This document shows positions 37,797 through 49,096 of a stretch of 64,000 bases of DNA, in pieces. Source of the stretch: Cyanobacteria bacterium P01_F01_bin.150 (GTDB lineage: Bacteria; Cyanobacteriota; Cyanobacteriia; CAKZMO01); assembly GCA_039189765.1 (NCBI GenBank), contig JBCCYL010000007.1:32001-96000 (forward strand), written 5' to 3'. Position 1 is the stretch's first letter, and the number at the start of each line of letters is the position of its first letter. The notes below the pieces were generated by a model, which saw only the letters and a list, made by a program, of their open reading frames with translations, had not been told where the DNA came from and did not search any database. The position numbers and the translations under genes were made by a program.

Positions 37797-40577
37797 CTAC
37801 TCAGCCCGCTCAATAAATGCCTCCGTTTGTTCGGATTGAAATGACTCTCCAGCGGAATTTGGGAATGCTCGAATATTTTGCTCTAAGTTTAGATGTGCCA
37901 CCCCTTTTGGAAGAAGCGGTTTATCAAAGGACCGAGATGACTCTTTCAATGCTCGTAACACTAATTGCTGGTCCCTACCCTCGACAAATTCCGATAGGCC
38001 AGCACGAGTATAAACGGGAACAAATTCTACCCCCATATGGCGATCGCCTAAAATCACTTTTACCATAGTGGCCATGGTGTGGTTAGCCGCCTCTTTACTC
38101 GTTAGCGGGCCATCAATTCCTCCATCCGTTTGTCCATCTGAACGCGCTGGTGAGGTGCGGATACCGGACTCAGGCAATTGATGAGGAACAGTATCCAAAA
38201 CGTTATTATTTGGATTCGCACTGCCAGGATTGGTCACAGCCCCCTCGTGAATATCTGTGTTGCTCATGGATAAAGGAATTTGACCGATGGAATAGGCGAT
38301 TGCTCTACCGTTGTAAATCTCGCCGCCTTGTATGACATCTGGATGATAACCCACCACTAAATCAGCTCCCTCATCCACTGCTAAGTGGGCAAGGCGAACC
38401 TGTTGTTCTGTCGGTGGTGCAGCAGACGTGGTTGCATCAATATTGCTCCAGTGATAAGACACGATTACCCAATCCACCTGATCGCGAATCTCATCGATAT
38501 CGGCAGCGAGGCGGCGGCGAGACCCTGGATTATTTCCCGCCATATCCTGATCGGCCGCAAAGAGATGGGTATCTACGTACCCCAAAATCGCTATCCGATG
38601 ACCTTTAACGTCAAAAATTTGAGGTCGGCTGGCGTCCTCTTCAGTCAAGCCAGCTCCAACAGCGCGAATTGCAGACCGATTCAATGATCTGACGGTTTCC
38701 TTTAACGACGGTTTTTGGGATTTGGCAATGTCACTTCCAGCAATATTCACTACATCAATTCCACCCTGGCGTAAATCTTGAATTGGCAGAATCGAGGCAG
38801 CATCAGACTCTGCTGAATTAACGACTCCACTGACTGGAGTATTAATCAAGGCCATTGCAATATCAGCAGGATGACTTGGCATTGGGGCAGGGGGTAAGGA
38901 AAACAGCGATCGCCAGCCTTTGGGTTTCGTCTCTGCGTCTGGTGGAGGCAGTGGCACAATGGCCTTGCCAGTAAAGGTAACTGTCACTTCAGAGAGACTG
39001 GATGTTGTTGGCAGCAAAGGCACTACATCAATAGTTTGATCTCCCATTTCAACGGTCTTGGGGCGGCTGATAGGGCGACTAAAAGACGCGGAAGAAACCG
39101 ATGAGTCCGCAACTACATCATTATTGGCTGCATCTGCTGTCGTATTGTTATCAACCGATAGCGATACAGATTTACTAGCAGATTCATCAATAGTGGCATT
39201 AGATAGCCTATCGGAGCGATCAGAATTAGCGCTGAAATCTTCCCCTGTTGACCTATCTGGTTGGGCTAAGTCCTTCTGTTGACCAATAGGTGCACGATTA
39301 TCTTGAGAAGAATTATCCTCAGAAACAGAATCCATCAAGGCACTGCCGACTAAAAAAGCCGCGATCGCTGCGCCTCCCAACATCCAAGGGCTGGGATTCA
39401 TCAACTGGTCCATAACTTTAGCCTGCAATTGCCCAAAGCCTTTACCAAAACTATTACCAAAACTATTACCAAAACCATCACCACCGCCAAAGGCTGGGGT
39501 ATTAAAGGGGCCGACAGTTCCATCATCCAAATCAAAATCCCCTGTAGGCCCGTTAGGTGCCACGGCAGGATTTGCAACATTAGGCGACATGAAAGGCTCT
39601 ATGACTACATTAGGAGTCATGTTTGTTGAAGGCTGGGGCTGCTGGGCTGGCTGTTGATCTAAAGGAGGAGCCTTGGCTTGTGTGTTTTCTGGACTCTGGT
39701 TATCCTCTTGAGAGCTAGGAGTCTGATAGACCGTTTGCAGCAGCTTGACAAGAGAATCCAAAGACTGAGTAGCTTGAGATTGAATAGCCTGAGCTTGAGG
39801 GGTTTGTGTTTGGTTGTGGGCCAAGCGCTGACCTTGTTCTATTTGACTAGCATGTTCTTGGGCTTGCTGAAGGATCTCTAGAGGAATAGATCCGGTGCTC
39901 TCAGCTTTAATTGGTTTTGATTGGACCGATAAATCATATGAATGATGATGGTTACTGGGTTGCTGGACAACTTCTTTTTGATGTTCAGGTCGCTCATTTT
40001 CCTGTGTTTTGGATCTAGACCATTCTTCCACTTTCTGTTGGCCCATGGTCCAAGCTTCTGCTGTCTTGACCTTTGCCTGTTGCTGCCATTCTTTTAACTG
40101 TTCACGCCAAACTTCCAATTTGGAGGGTTGCTTATAGATATCAGGCAATGGCAATCGCACCAACTGATTCCACAAAATTAAATTTGTTTGGGCAACCTGA
40201 ACCGTCAGATTCGCACCCAGAACCACATCTGATTTCAAAGAACAAAGCTGATGAGACACTAGCTTAATCAAAGGTTGGCGCTTGGGTGGTCGCTTTACCG
40301 TTAATGTTATTTGTAAGTAACCTGGCCCCGCTTCCCCTACCCAAGCAGAAATATGATGGGGCTTGAGGATGTTATTCAAGACAGTGGCGATCGCTTGAAA
40401 ATTTCCACTTCGAGCTGTGGCCAACAATTCCGCATTCAAAGCTAAGCGTTTACCCTGTCGCTGTCGCCCTTGAAGGCGTTGTTTTTGAACAGGACGAACT
40501 TCTGGGTTGACTGTTTGACGATTGGATGAACTGGAGGATCTGGATGGACGTTCAGGGGGATAAAACTGCGCTTGCAT
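37797..40577 (-). CDS. CapA/PGA_cap-family membrane protein with a long low-complexity N-terminus
   Basis: Single TM helix (WMLGGAAIAAFLVG); C-terminal VGAG, RIAILGY, IVSYHW, GADLVVGYHPDVIQ and IAYSIG. Confidence 0.8.
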   Translation of the reverse strand: MQAQFYPPERPSRSSSSSNRQTVNPEVRPVQKQRLQGRQRQGKRLALNAELLATARSGNFQAIATVLNNILKPHHISAWVGEAGPGYLQITLTVKRPPKRQPLIKLVSHQLCSLKSDVVLGANLTVQVAQTNLILWNQLVRLPLPDIYKQPSKLEVWREQLKEWQQQAKVKTAEAWTMGQQKVEEWSRSKTQENERPEHQKEVVQQPSNHHHSYDLSVQSKPIKAESTGSIPLEILQQAQEHASQIEQGQRLAHNQTQTPQAQAIQSQATQSLDSLVKLLQTVYQTPSSQEDNQSPENTQAKAPPLDQQPAQQPQPSTNMTPNVVIEPFMSPNVANPAVAPNGPTGDFDLDDGTVGPFNTPAFGGGDGFGNSFGNSFGKGFGQLQAKVMDQLMNPSPWMLGGAAIAAFLVGSALMDSVSEDNSSQDNRAPIGQQKDLAQPDRSTGEDFSANSDRSDRLSNATIDESASKSVSLSVDNNTTADAANNDVVADSSVSSASFSRPISRPKTVEMGDQTIDVVPLLPTTSSLSEVTVTFTGKAIVPLPPPDAETKPKGWRSLFSLPPAPMPSHPADIAMALINTPVSGVVNSAESDAASILPIQDLRQGGIDVVNIAGSDIAKSQKPSLKETVRSLNRSAIRAVGAGLTEEDASRPQIFDVKGHRIAILGYVDTHLFAADQDMAGNNPGSRRRLAADIDEIRDQVDWVIVSYHWSNIDATTSAAPPTEQQVRLAHLAVDEGADLVVGYHPDVIQGGEIYNGRAIAYSIGQIPLSMSNTDIHEGAVTNPGSANPNNNVLDTVPHQLPESGIRTSPARSDGQTDGGIDGPLTSKEAANHTMATMVKVILGDRHMGVEFVPVYTRAGLSEFVEGRDQQLVLRALKESSRSFDKPLLPKGVAHLNLEQNIRAFPNSAGESFQSEQTEAFIERAE

Positions 40578-41001
40578 AATGAAAATGAGAAGGTTGAACT
40601 ATTTAGCTACCAAATTTTTTGGTCAGCAACACATTCGACAGCGATAGACATGTAGGGCTAGTTTAGCGTATGGCCAATCAGTCTAAAATGATCTATCTGA
40701 ACAGTGTGTAGAATGCCCCTGAGTAGATGGTTCCAGTAGCCTAAAAGGAGAAAGTTATAGGGACCATACGGGTGATAATAGCATTGCTATGACTTAACCT
40801 AAATGCAGTCTTAACTGTTACGGGCTTGAAAAGCCTGCTCCTAGATTAGAGACATATGCTTTGACTACCAAAAAAATTAATATTTAAATCCCATCAGTTC
40901 CTAAAAAAAGGTTTGCTTTAGTGATGCTGGCCTCAGATGTGCGGTAAAGTCGTTGAACCGTAGCCGCCTTAAACTACTATCCTATTTACTCCATCGATCC
41001 C

Positions 41002-42261
41002 ATGAGTCCTGAGACTGATCCAGCGCCATCTACGTCTTCAGATTCCCAACTCTCTCCAACCGCTCCATCACCATTAACTGCCCAATCTTCTCTATCCCCT
41101 TCGGCTTCCACTCCTCTTAGCCTCTCTGTCCCATCACCATCCAGCCGACAGGCTCCCAAAAAACAACCGCCTGGTATTTTGCTATTGGCTATAGCCCTCA
41201 TATTAATGATTATAGGTTTGGGGCTTAATCTTGAGTGGTTGGGGTGGAGTGGGTGTGTTATTGCTCTCCTCCTCTCTGCCAGGATTATTTGGGGGCTTTT
41301 TAAGCCTCTGATTGCCGAGGTTATCTCCCCTGAGCAAGTCACATTAATTTTTGCCCTAATTGGTGGTTTTGCAGCGCTAGTGGGATTGTTTTTATTGACT
41401 GAGGCTAATGAGCGGATTCCATCATGGATTAGCATCAGCGGTTGGGATGAAATTGGTGCGATTGGGGATGTTGTGGGGGCCTTGGGCCAAATTTTGATTG
41501 CAATTTTAGCTGTTTACATTGCTTGGCGACAGTATGTGATTTCTAAAGATTTAACAATTCAGCAGAACCTAATTACTCAACAGCAAACCATTGATTCATA
41601 TTTTCAAGGTATTTCCGATTTGGTTTTGGATGCGGAAGGATTACTAGAAGACTGGCCCCAGGAACGGGCGATCGCAGAAGGACGCACAGCAGCAATTCTC
41701 AGCAGTGTCGATCCCACTGGAAAAGCAAAAATTGTTCGTTTTTTGTCTCGTTCCCGCTTGCTAACACCGCTAAAACGCGATCGCCACCTAGGCCGAGCCA
41801 TGTTAGACGGCATGGGGGGCTACCAAGAAGATCGTGATTTTGGTATTCGAGTAATCGATTTGGGTGTTATGCTAGCGGCCTCTAATTTGGCTGGAACAGA
41901 TATGCGCTGGACTGACCTGAGTGATACTAATTTAGTACGGGCTAATCTGGTGAGTTGTGATCTAGTGAAATCTAATCTGGGTCGAACCATCCTATACGAA
42001 GCAAATTTACAAGGTGCGGACTTAATGGGGGCCAAATTGTTCTATGGCATGATTGAGACTGCCACCCCTCGCACACGCACAGAAGTACCTAACTACAACA
42101 CGGGGACTTGCACTGGAGCTGTAGTGGAGAACGCCAACTTTACAGGAGTTCAGCGCCTTTCAGTAGAACAGCGTCAATATATTTGCCAATGGGGTGGAAA
42201 GAAAACACGAGCGACTGTTCCTGGTGGTTGTGGGGATATTCCAAATAAGCTAGGTCGCTAA
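41002..42261 (+). CDS. Membrane-bound pentapeptide-repeat protein
   Basis: About four TM helices, then pentapeptide repeats SNLAG/TDLSD/ANLVS/ANLQG/ADLMG. Confidence 0.88.
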   Translation: MSPETDPAPSTSSDSQLSPTAPSPLTAQSSLSPSASTPLSLSVPSPSSRQAPKKQPPGILLLAIALILMIIGLGLNLEWLGWSGCVIALLLSARIIWGLFKPLIAEVISPEQVTLIFALIGGFAALVGLFLLTEANERIPSWISISGWDEIGAIGDVVGALGQILIAILAVYIAWRQYVISKDLTIQQNLITQQQTIDSYFQGISDLVLDAEGLLEDWPQERAIAEGRTAAILSSVDPTGKAKIVRFLSRSRLLTPLKRDRHLGRAMLDGMGGYQEDRDFGIRVIDLGVMLAASNLAGTDMRWTDLSDTNLVRANLVSCDLVKSNLGRTILYEANLQGADLMGAKLFYGMIETATPRTRTEVPNYNTGTCTGAVVENANFTGVQRLSVEQRQYICQWGGKKTRATVPGGCGDIPNKLGR

Positions 42262-42927
42262 TGCTGGCTTACATTAACGCAAAATATCCAATCTGGATCA
42301 AGGTCTCAGCGCTGTTTACGTAGTTTTAGCGTTTCAAGATAAATCCTTCATATAAGGCCCACATATGTTCTGCGTATTCACGCAGTCCAATGGCAAAACC
42401 GGAGTTTTATCCCTAAGCTTTTTCAGATATTTATCGAATAATTCAGAACTTAATACTTCATTGAAATGGTGCTTCTAACCATTGTTCAAGGGCTTCAGAA
42501 ATTGCTATTTATAAAATGTCCAAATAATTCCGTGAACATCCTGAATAATCGTCTGTAGGAATAGGGAATAACTAGACTATCCTTTGATAGCTAGTATTCA
42601 AGCCCATTTATCCTAACTTGATTTTACTGATTGTGGGATGGGTTTTAATCTTGCAAAATATGTTTTTCCTGAATAAGGCTAATGGTTTCAAGGATTCTAG
42701 ATGAGTCCCATCTAGTTTTTTATTGAAATATATTTCCTGCTTGAAGCTGAATACAGCCATTGTTTTGTATTGATTAAAACACTTAACTTGAACCAAAACT
42801 GATTTATTCACATTTAAATGTGTCGTATTTACGGGTTTGGATGCCTTTGATGTAAGGGTGCTTTAAAGGCTAATTAAATCAAATGTTAAGTAAGAACTAA
42901 ACGGGTCATTCGGACAACTCACCTACC

Positions 42928-45900
42928 ATGCAGTTACACAACATTTTCCAGGGGTTCTGGACATTAATAAAATGGATTAACCATAGGATTCATATGTTTA
43001 TGAAAGCCCTTATGGTGAGCCTATTACGGTGTTTATTCCTTTTTAGTCAGCCATCCCGGATAGAAAGAGGATTTATTTTACCTACTACCGTTTTACTTAT
43101 TTTGGTGGTTACTTTGGCAGTCGGCTCAATGACATTACGAACTCTGAATCGAACGAGTCAGGTAGCGGGCGATCGCCAGCAGCGCATCATCTACAACGCT
43201 GCCACTCCAACAATGGATCGCGCCAAAGCCAAATTAGAATTCTTATTTGATACTCAGCGAAATCCCCTTTATCCAAACGGCATTCCGGATCAGGCTGTTT
43301 TGAATGACATGATGCTAAATGACAGCCTTGCCGATAACAACTATATAATTTCGTTTGAGGGCTGTGATGGAAACCAAAAGGATCCGTTCACATTTCCTGC
43401 CGATGAGTGTGACTACACTTCTGCGGAAGCAGAGACTCGGATTGATATTGATGGTGATGGGAACAATGACAATGCCTGGTCCTACCGTATTGATATGAAT
43501 GAGGACGGTACGTTAGATGCCAGCGTTGCATACTCGATTATCTTCAATAAACCATCCAATAGTGATGCCAATAACAAATTAGAGAATGCATCTGATATAG
43601 CTATCTCAAACAGAGCTCAAGCACTACAGGTCAGGCACGGTCCCCTCAGTATTCCAATTCAAGATAATGGCTGTGGCAGTGTGGGCGGTGATACAGCTGA
43701 AAGTGACGATGGCTGGAGCAAGCCTGTACAAGGAGGGGCAACTCTTTACAAGAACTTCCAAATTAATGTGTTTGTCAAGCCTGATGATCCGGCTACAACC
43801 GTTTCTACATTGGAATTCCATCAAGACCGGAAAATTGATGAGGGTAACAAGTGGGGGGCATGGTTCCGTAATGACTTAGAAATTTATCCAGGGGCAGAAT
43901 TTAACTGGAACGGAGCCATGCATACTGAAGGTAATCTCTTTATGGGAAATACTAACTTCGAAGGTTACCTGATTAGTTCTCCTGCTTCTTGTTATTATAG
44001 TCAGGCCGATTCTGAAGTTACCGTTGCCGATCGATCTGCACCTGTTCAAGCCAATAACTTTGAGGGGCAAATCATCAGTGCACAGTTGAAAGATAATGAT
44101 TGGGACCAGAACGACAACAGTTCAAAATTTCACCTCTTTAGGGCTGATGGCAACATCACAAATGCCGATATAAAGGCGTTAAACATCACCAATGACTCCG
44201 TGGATGAGGATGGGAGTTCTTCTGCACCAGCCGACTACCTATTGGACCCAGTAGTTCTAGCCACCCAAGATATTTCTAAGGCAAGGAACTTTCCAAGTGA
44301 TACGGCGACAGAAGATGGTAACCCTGCACCTTCTCGGGCTGAAGAATGGCCCAAGGATACAAACGACTTCTTTGACAGAAAACGTTTATATAATCAGACG
44401 GAGGATACTCCTTCTGTGGATGATTCTTTCCGCGCCGACAATCGTTATGGTCCGAAAGCTCGTATTGACGGTCAAGATATACCTGGCAAAATTGGTGAAA
44501 AAATTGATTCTAGTAAAACAAAATTGATTAACTTAGGTGATGATTTTGTAGATGATTTCACCAATGTAGGGCTGGATGGCTATTGGGAACGCCGGGCGCG
44601 GGCCGAAGGATCACGGTTTATTGTGGGCCAACGCTTAGAGCTGGGCAATACCTTTAGTTGGGGAGGTCTAGACAAGGATGGAGATTATCTTGACTTAGAC
44701 ATCGATGATCTAACAGCGCGCGAGCCACTTATGCCTTGGGATGGATGTGATGAGTATCAAGACTCTACCCGCTGTGAGGAAGGACGCCAGCGGCGCAGTT
44801 TACGGGATAATCTGGCAGCCGTACAAGCAACGGCGGTTTATCATGCTAATGCAGCAAATGGTGATAAGGATTTTCCTATAGCCTGTCTAGCATCTACGGT
44901 TCATCCGGGTACTCCCTACACGCTGCAAAATAGCTCTACTTTCTTAGACTGGACTAAAGGGCTAGAGGGCTATTGGGATAGTGCCGATTTTGGTGGAACC
45001 TCTCCACAACTGATTAGCGACTTTTTCCGAGGAGAAGGGACCAACGGTTGGGAATATGCTCCCCCCAGTAGTGGCAATGCCTCCACTTTTGGAACCGATT
45101 TGGCAGAGACACAACCCTTGGGTAAAGCTTTGCGAAATTGGGCCTACTTTGCTGGAGACCCTGAGGCTGGGGCACCCTCATTTACACCCACACAGGAGGC
45201 GGGGAAGGTTCACCCTTATCCTTTAATGTCCATGTGGGGAGATGCCTCGGTGTTGCGACGTATCTTTGCAGAGTTGGATAACACTAGCTATGCGAACTTG
45301 AGTCCGGCAGATAAAACCACCCTGCAAACAGCCGCCTGTAGTCTAGGCATGTTGGCCAATGAGCTATACATACTAGAAAAGTTTCAATATGCGAATGATA
45401 TTGAGGCCCCACCGGGAAAATATGGAGCTGGTACTCCAAAACTTCTAGATGTTTTAAACGCTCGCTTAATCGCATTGAGCCTAAATAAAGCAAACGCTAG
45501 TAAAGTTGACGATACCTACAATCAAGACGCATTGGATGCCCTGGGTATTACTACCGATCAGAATGGGGATACTGTTTTGGATGGAGACGATTTACCTGAC
45601 TACTGGGCAGAGCCGCCTCTAGATCAAAGTACCAATAAACCTTACGGTTACTACAATAAGACAACGACCCTATCGTCACGTTTTGATAACTTAAATAATG
45701 AAGGGGACGATCCTGAACGCTATATTGCTCGCTTACAACAGTGGCACGATGCTGATTTGCTAGCGTTTGATAACGATAGGATCACTGACGCCACTCTACG
45801 TCTACAAAAGTTTAACGTGGATGATGACTTGATTAATTTGGCCAAGATCATCATGTTACGAGAGCAAACCATACGCGATCGCTCTTGGGGATTTATGATT

Positions 45901-47988
45901 AATGGAAACTTTGGTAAAAGTCAGAATTGCTTGGCTTTTACAAGTGTTTCGTCTTATTTCTCTGATGCATATGGGGTATACAAGGATCTAAACAGCGAGC
46001 AAGGGCTAAAGAAACTCTGTAGTGATCGTCCTAAATTTGGTGCCCTCTATTCCATTTTTCCTGGAGAACAATTTCCGAGTAGTGAGGCAAATAAGGGGAT
46101 TGGTACTGATGATAACCATGGAGAAGATCATCCTTTTTCTAGAGGGCTAGATAACACTGACGATATACAGATCATTACAAGCGTCAATAGTGGCAATGAT
46201 CTGTACAAAGCAATGACAGATGATGATCTCGCCGCCATTAGTCTCCAACCCCTTGCCCCCACAAGCTGGAATCTGCCCCACGGCACTCCATCTACAGCAA
46301 ATGACGATAAGCTTAATCCCAACGATAGTGGCTCCCTAATGGTGACCTGTAATGTTGAGGTCTGTTCCTCTGGAACTAGCGCTTCAAATCATACTAGAGA
46401 TGGGCTATACCAAACTCAAACAATGGCTGTGGCCTTGAAAGATGCCAGCATATATAACGGTCGCGAATATATGAGCGTCCGCTTAATGGATCTTGATTTG
46501 GACATGCTGCGGGAAAACAATGGTGGATTAAGCAGTACGGATCGATGGTTACCTAATTCTGGGATTGTCTATGCCTTCCGAGAAGATGCCGTGCGGGAAG
46601 ATGCGATTACTCGTCCTAGTCGTCTTGCCTGGGCAAGTTGCGATAACGACGCAGCCTTTGCCACCGGTTCAACGGCCTGTCATATGGATAAGCTTGATGA
46701 AGTGGCTGAGAATGCAACCGATCCACCGCTCAACGATACGAATGCTATCAGCCCGAAGCCTGTTGATTATGCTCCCGATCCTGACCGACGTCCCAATGGA
46801 TTTCGCCTGACTAATGGTGAAAGATTAAAACGTCCAAATGATCAGGGCAAAGGACTATCGTTTGTCACAGACAATGCTCTTTATGTCAAAGGTCATTTCA
46901 ACCTCCACCAAGACTCACAGGATAACCCCTTAGAAGAGTTTAGTGATTATCTCCTGTATTCTGAAACAGATTCTAGCTTTGATAAGTTCTACGATCGCAA
47001 AATCCGGGACAATAACTTCGCCACCACTGATGGTGATGAATGGCGACCTTCTGAATTGCTAGCGGATGCAATCACTATTGTGTCTAACAACTTCTGTGAT
47101 GGCAGTATGTTTGATAGCTTGCATTCAGCTAACACTGATTTTGGCAATGTCCAAGTTAACGAAGAAGAAAATGATAGCAACCGCAAGATTAAGGGGTATT
47201 CGGGAAGTAAATTAGGCGCTATCAATCGCCCTTGGCGTAGTCTCTATGGATGTGTGGTGACAAATGCAAACCGACAACAAACGTCATATGCAAATGGGGT
47301 TTTTCAAGACGTAAACGTCAGGGGAAACACTCATCAACTTCCCCAAGACCAATCCAGATCTGGTTTTGAAGAATATTGGCAGCACGTTAATCCCTTTGAT
47401 ACTCGTTCGCCTTATACTCTCACTCGCCAGGGAAATCCCCGTATTCCTCTAAATGGGGGGGGGTACAACGGCGATTATTTCTTGATTGGCGAAACTGATG
47501 CGTTTACTAGACCTAGCTTAGCCTCCTATACCAATGTCAATGCCATTATTATCAGCGGTGCAGTTCCCTCTCGGCCAGGTCAGTCCTATGGTGGTCTTCA
47601 TAATTTCCCTCGTATGTTAGAAAACTGGGGTGGTACTAACCGCAACGGTACTGGTGATAACGTAGGCTTGAGAATTTCTGGCTCCCTAATGCAGTTAAAC
47701 TTTAGCCACACGTCCGTTGCCCCCTACGACCACGATGCTTGGAATCCGGGCCAAGAGAGTGATAGCAACAGTGAGCCAATTCCTTATTACTGGCCACCCA
47801 CCCGACTCTGGGGATATGACGTGGGACTCCAAAAGGGTGTGGCAGGGCCTATGGCCAAGCGATTTGTTTCAGGTGCAGAACCGACTCGTAGCGAGTTTTA
47901 TAGTGAACCGCCTGCGGATGATCCGTATGTTTACAACCTATGTCAGGCTATTTCAACTGACTGCTATAGAGATCCACCATTGGATTAA
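42928..47988 (+). CDS. hpsA: Hormogonium polysaccharide protein HpsA-like (PilX-like N-terminus; start probably slightly downstream)
   Basis: GFILPTTVLL prepilin-like motif, NKWGAWFRNDLEI, GLDGYWERRA, C-terminal GGLHNFPRMLENW and RLWGYDVGL; followed by three pilin-like genes. Confidence 0.85.
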   Translation: MQLHNIFQGFWTLIKWINHRIHMFMKALMVSLLRCLFLFSQPSRIERGFILPTTVLLILVVTLAVGSMTLRTLNRTSQVAGDRQQRIIYNAATPTMDRAKAKLEFLFDTQRNPLYPNGIPDQAVLNDMMLNDSLADNNYIISFEGCDGNQKDPFTFPADECDYTSAEAETRIDIDGDGNNDNAWSYRIDMNEDGTLDASVAYSIIFNKPSNSDANNKLENASDIAISNRAQALQVRHGPLSIPIQDNGCGSVGGDTAESDDGWSKPVQGGATLYKNFQINVFVKPDDPATTVSTLEFHQDRKIDEGNKWGAWFRNDLEIYPGAEFNWNGAMHTEGNLFMGNTNFEGYLISSPASCYYSQADSEVTVADRSAPVQANNFEGQIISAQLKDNDWDQNDNSSKFHLFRADGNITNADIKALNITNDSVDEDGSSSAPADYLLDPVVLATQDISKARNFPSDTATEDGNPAPSRAEEWPKDTNDFFDRKRLYNQTEDTPSVDDSFRADNRYGPKARIDGQDIPGKIGEKIDSSKTKLINLGDDFVDDFTNVGLDGYWERRARAEGSRFIVGQRLELGNTFSWGGLDKDGDYLDLDIDDLTAREPLMPWDGCDEYQDSTRCEEGRQRRSLRDNLAAVQATAVYHANAANGDKDFPIACLASTVHPGTPYTLQNSSTFLDWTKGLEGYWDSADFGGTSPQLISDFFRGEGTNGWEYAPPSSGNASTFGTDLAETQPLGKALRNWAYFAGDPEAGAPSFTPTQEAGKVHPYPLMSMWGDASVLRRIFAELDNTSYANLSPADKTTLQTAACSLGMLANELYILEKFQYANDIEAPPGKYGAGTPKLLDVLNARLIALSLNKANASKVDDTYNQDALDALGITTDQNGDTVLDGDDLPDYWAEPPLDQSTNKPYGYYNKTTTLSSRFDNLNNEGDDPERYIARLQQWHDADLLAFDNDRITDATLRLQKFNVDDDLINLAKIIMLREQTIRDRSWGFMINGNFGKSQNCLAFTSVSSYFSDAYGVYKDLNSEQGLKKLCSDRPKFGALYSIFPGEQFPSSEANKGIGTDDNHGEDHPFSRGLDNTDDIQIITSVNSGNDLYKAMTDDDLAAISLQPLAPTSWNLPHGTPSTANDDKLNPNDSGSLMVTCNVEVCSSGTSASNHTRDGLYQTQTMAVALKDASIYNGREYMSVRLMDLDLDMLRENNGGLSSTDRWLPNSGIVYAFREDAVREDAITRPSRLAWASCDNDAAFATGSTACHMDKLDEVAENATDPPLNDTNAISPKPVDYAPDPDRRPNGFRLTNGERLKRPNDQGKGLSFVTDNALYVKGHFNLHQDSQDNPLEEFSDYLLYSETDSSFDKFYDRKIRDNNFATTDGDEWRPSELLADAITIVSNNFCDGSMFDSLHSANTDFGNVQVNEEENDSNRKIKGYSGSKLGAINRPWRSLYGCVVTNANRQQTSYANGVFQDVNVRGNTHQLPQDQSRSGFEEYWQHVNPFDTRSPYTLTRQGNPRIPLNGGGYNGDYFLIGETDAFTRPSLASYTNVNAIIISGAVPSRPGQSYGGLHNFPRMLENWGGTNRNGTGDNVGLRISGSLMQLNFSHTSVAPYDHDAWNPGQESDSNSEPIPYYWPPTRLWGYDVGLQKGVAGPMAKRFVSGAEPTRSEFYSEPPADDPYVYNLCQAISTDCYRDPPLD

Positions 47989-48015
47989 TGCTTACCCTCT
48001 ATAGTTTCGTCGGGT

Positions 48016-48094
48016 GTAGGGTGGGCAAAGGACGTTAGGACGTGCTCACCAAAGCCAATTTCTGATTGGCCCCCGTTCGTTTTGCCCATCCTAC
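48016..48094 (+). repeat. REP-like palindromic element, copy 2
   Basis: Terminal inverted repeat GTAGGGTGGGCAAA...TTTGCCCATCCTAC. Confidence 0.75.
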
Positions 48095-48103
48095 GTCAGC
48101 TAA

Positions 48104-48167
48104 AGGGGAGGGCCGGAACCCCCTCTAGCTCTCTCCCTTGCTAAGGGAGAGGACCGGAGTCCCCTTT
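48104..48167. repeat. CCCCT...GGGA-type cyanobacterial palindromic repeat
   Basis: ctctccctt-gct-aagggagag hairpin followed by gaccggagt; related to 58261-58298. Confidence 0.55.
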
Positions 48168-48247
48168 TAGTTCATCTTATGCCCTTTGATAAAGATCTAA
48201 ATTTACCGCGTTATTCACTTTACTGTTGAGAGTCGTCGCTTAAGTTC

Positions 48248-49039
48248 ATGAAACCTACTATGAAGTCATCATCGTTGCATACACTGTTATCTTGTCTTGT
48301 CCAGCCGGGACGATTTCTTTATAGCGCTCGACAGAATAGGAGTTGTCGAGGGCAGAGGAACGGAGCCTCAGAGGACGGTCTTACATTACTAGAATGTGTG
48401 GTGGCGATCGCCGTTATTGCCTTAACAGGTGCAATGATTGGTCCCCCTCTGGTTCTGGCCGCAGCCACCCGAGTCCAGAATCGTCGTGCTGAGCAAGCGA
48501 TGCAACTCGCCCAAGGAGAGGTCGATCGCATTCGTGCCATGGTTATAACCGGTGAGGCATCGGTTGCCAAATTGCCTGCTCTGGTAACGGCAACCGATCT
48601 AGAAACCCACCCTGCTCCGGCCCGACTTATGAATGGAGAACTCAAATCGCCTGAATGTAATACCTATGATCCAACTACCGATGTGCCTGCGGCCGATGAA
48701 GTACTGGCAGTGGATGTGAATGGTGAAGAGACCCCAGGCAACTGTGAGGCTGACTTTTTGATTCAAACCTTCCGCCAAAACTTAGACAGAGATGGAGAGA
48801 CCCGAGATTTTCAACTAATGGTTCGGGTTTATTTTGCTAAAGCTGCGGACGATTTTACAAGTCTGCAGGAAGAACAGGCGAGCTTAGGGTTTACGTCTGG
48901 TAGTGGAGAGTACTGGCAAAAGCCCCTTGCTGTTATCACCACCCGCATTAATGAAAGCGACTCTAACGCAGCCCTGTGTGGATATCACGGCCTTAATGAT
49001 GAAACGACCTCTGATGGCTCAGCCGATACTGATTGTTAA
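48248..49039 (+). CDS. hpsB: Type IV pilin-like protein HpsB
   Basis: Prepilin motif GLTLLECVVAI and AATRVQNRRAEQA; directly follows hpsA. Confidence 0.8.
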   Translation: MKPTMKSSSLHTLLSCLVQPGRFLYSARQNRSCRGQRNGASEDGLTLLECVVAIAVIALTGAMIGPPLVLAAATRVQNRRAEQAMQLAQGEVDRIRAMVITGEASVAKLPALVTATDLETHPAPARLMNGELKSPECNTYDPTTDVPAADEVLAVDVNGEETPGNCEADFLIQTFRQNLDRDGETRDFQLMVRVYFAKAADDFTSLQEEQASLGFTSGSGEYWQKPLAVITTRINESDSNAALCGYHGLNDETTSDGSADTDC

Positions 49040-49096
49040 TACCTTCTACATGGCCCGTTCTAAAAAAGATACTACATTTAAGGATTTATAGAGACG

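Noticed and set aside
42564..42573. SigJ-type GGGAATACT box upstream of hpsA
   Set aside because: The sequence is GGGAATAACT, an imperfect match about 350 bp upstream; too weak without start-site data.
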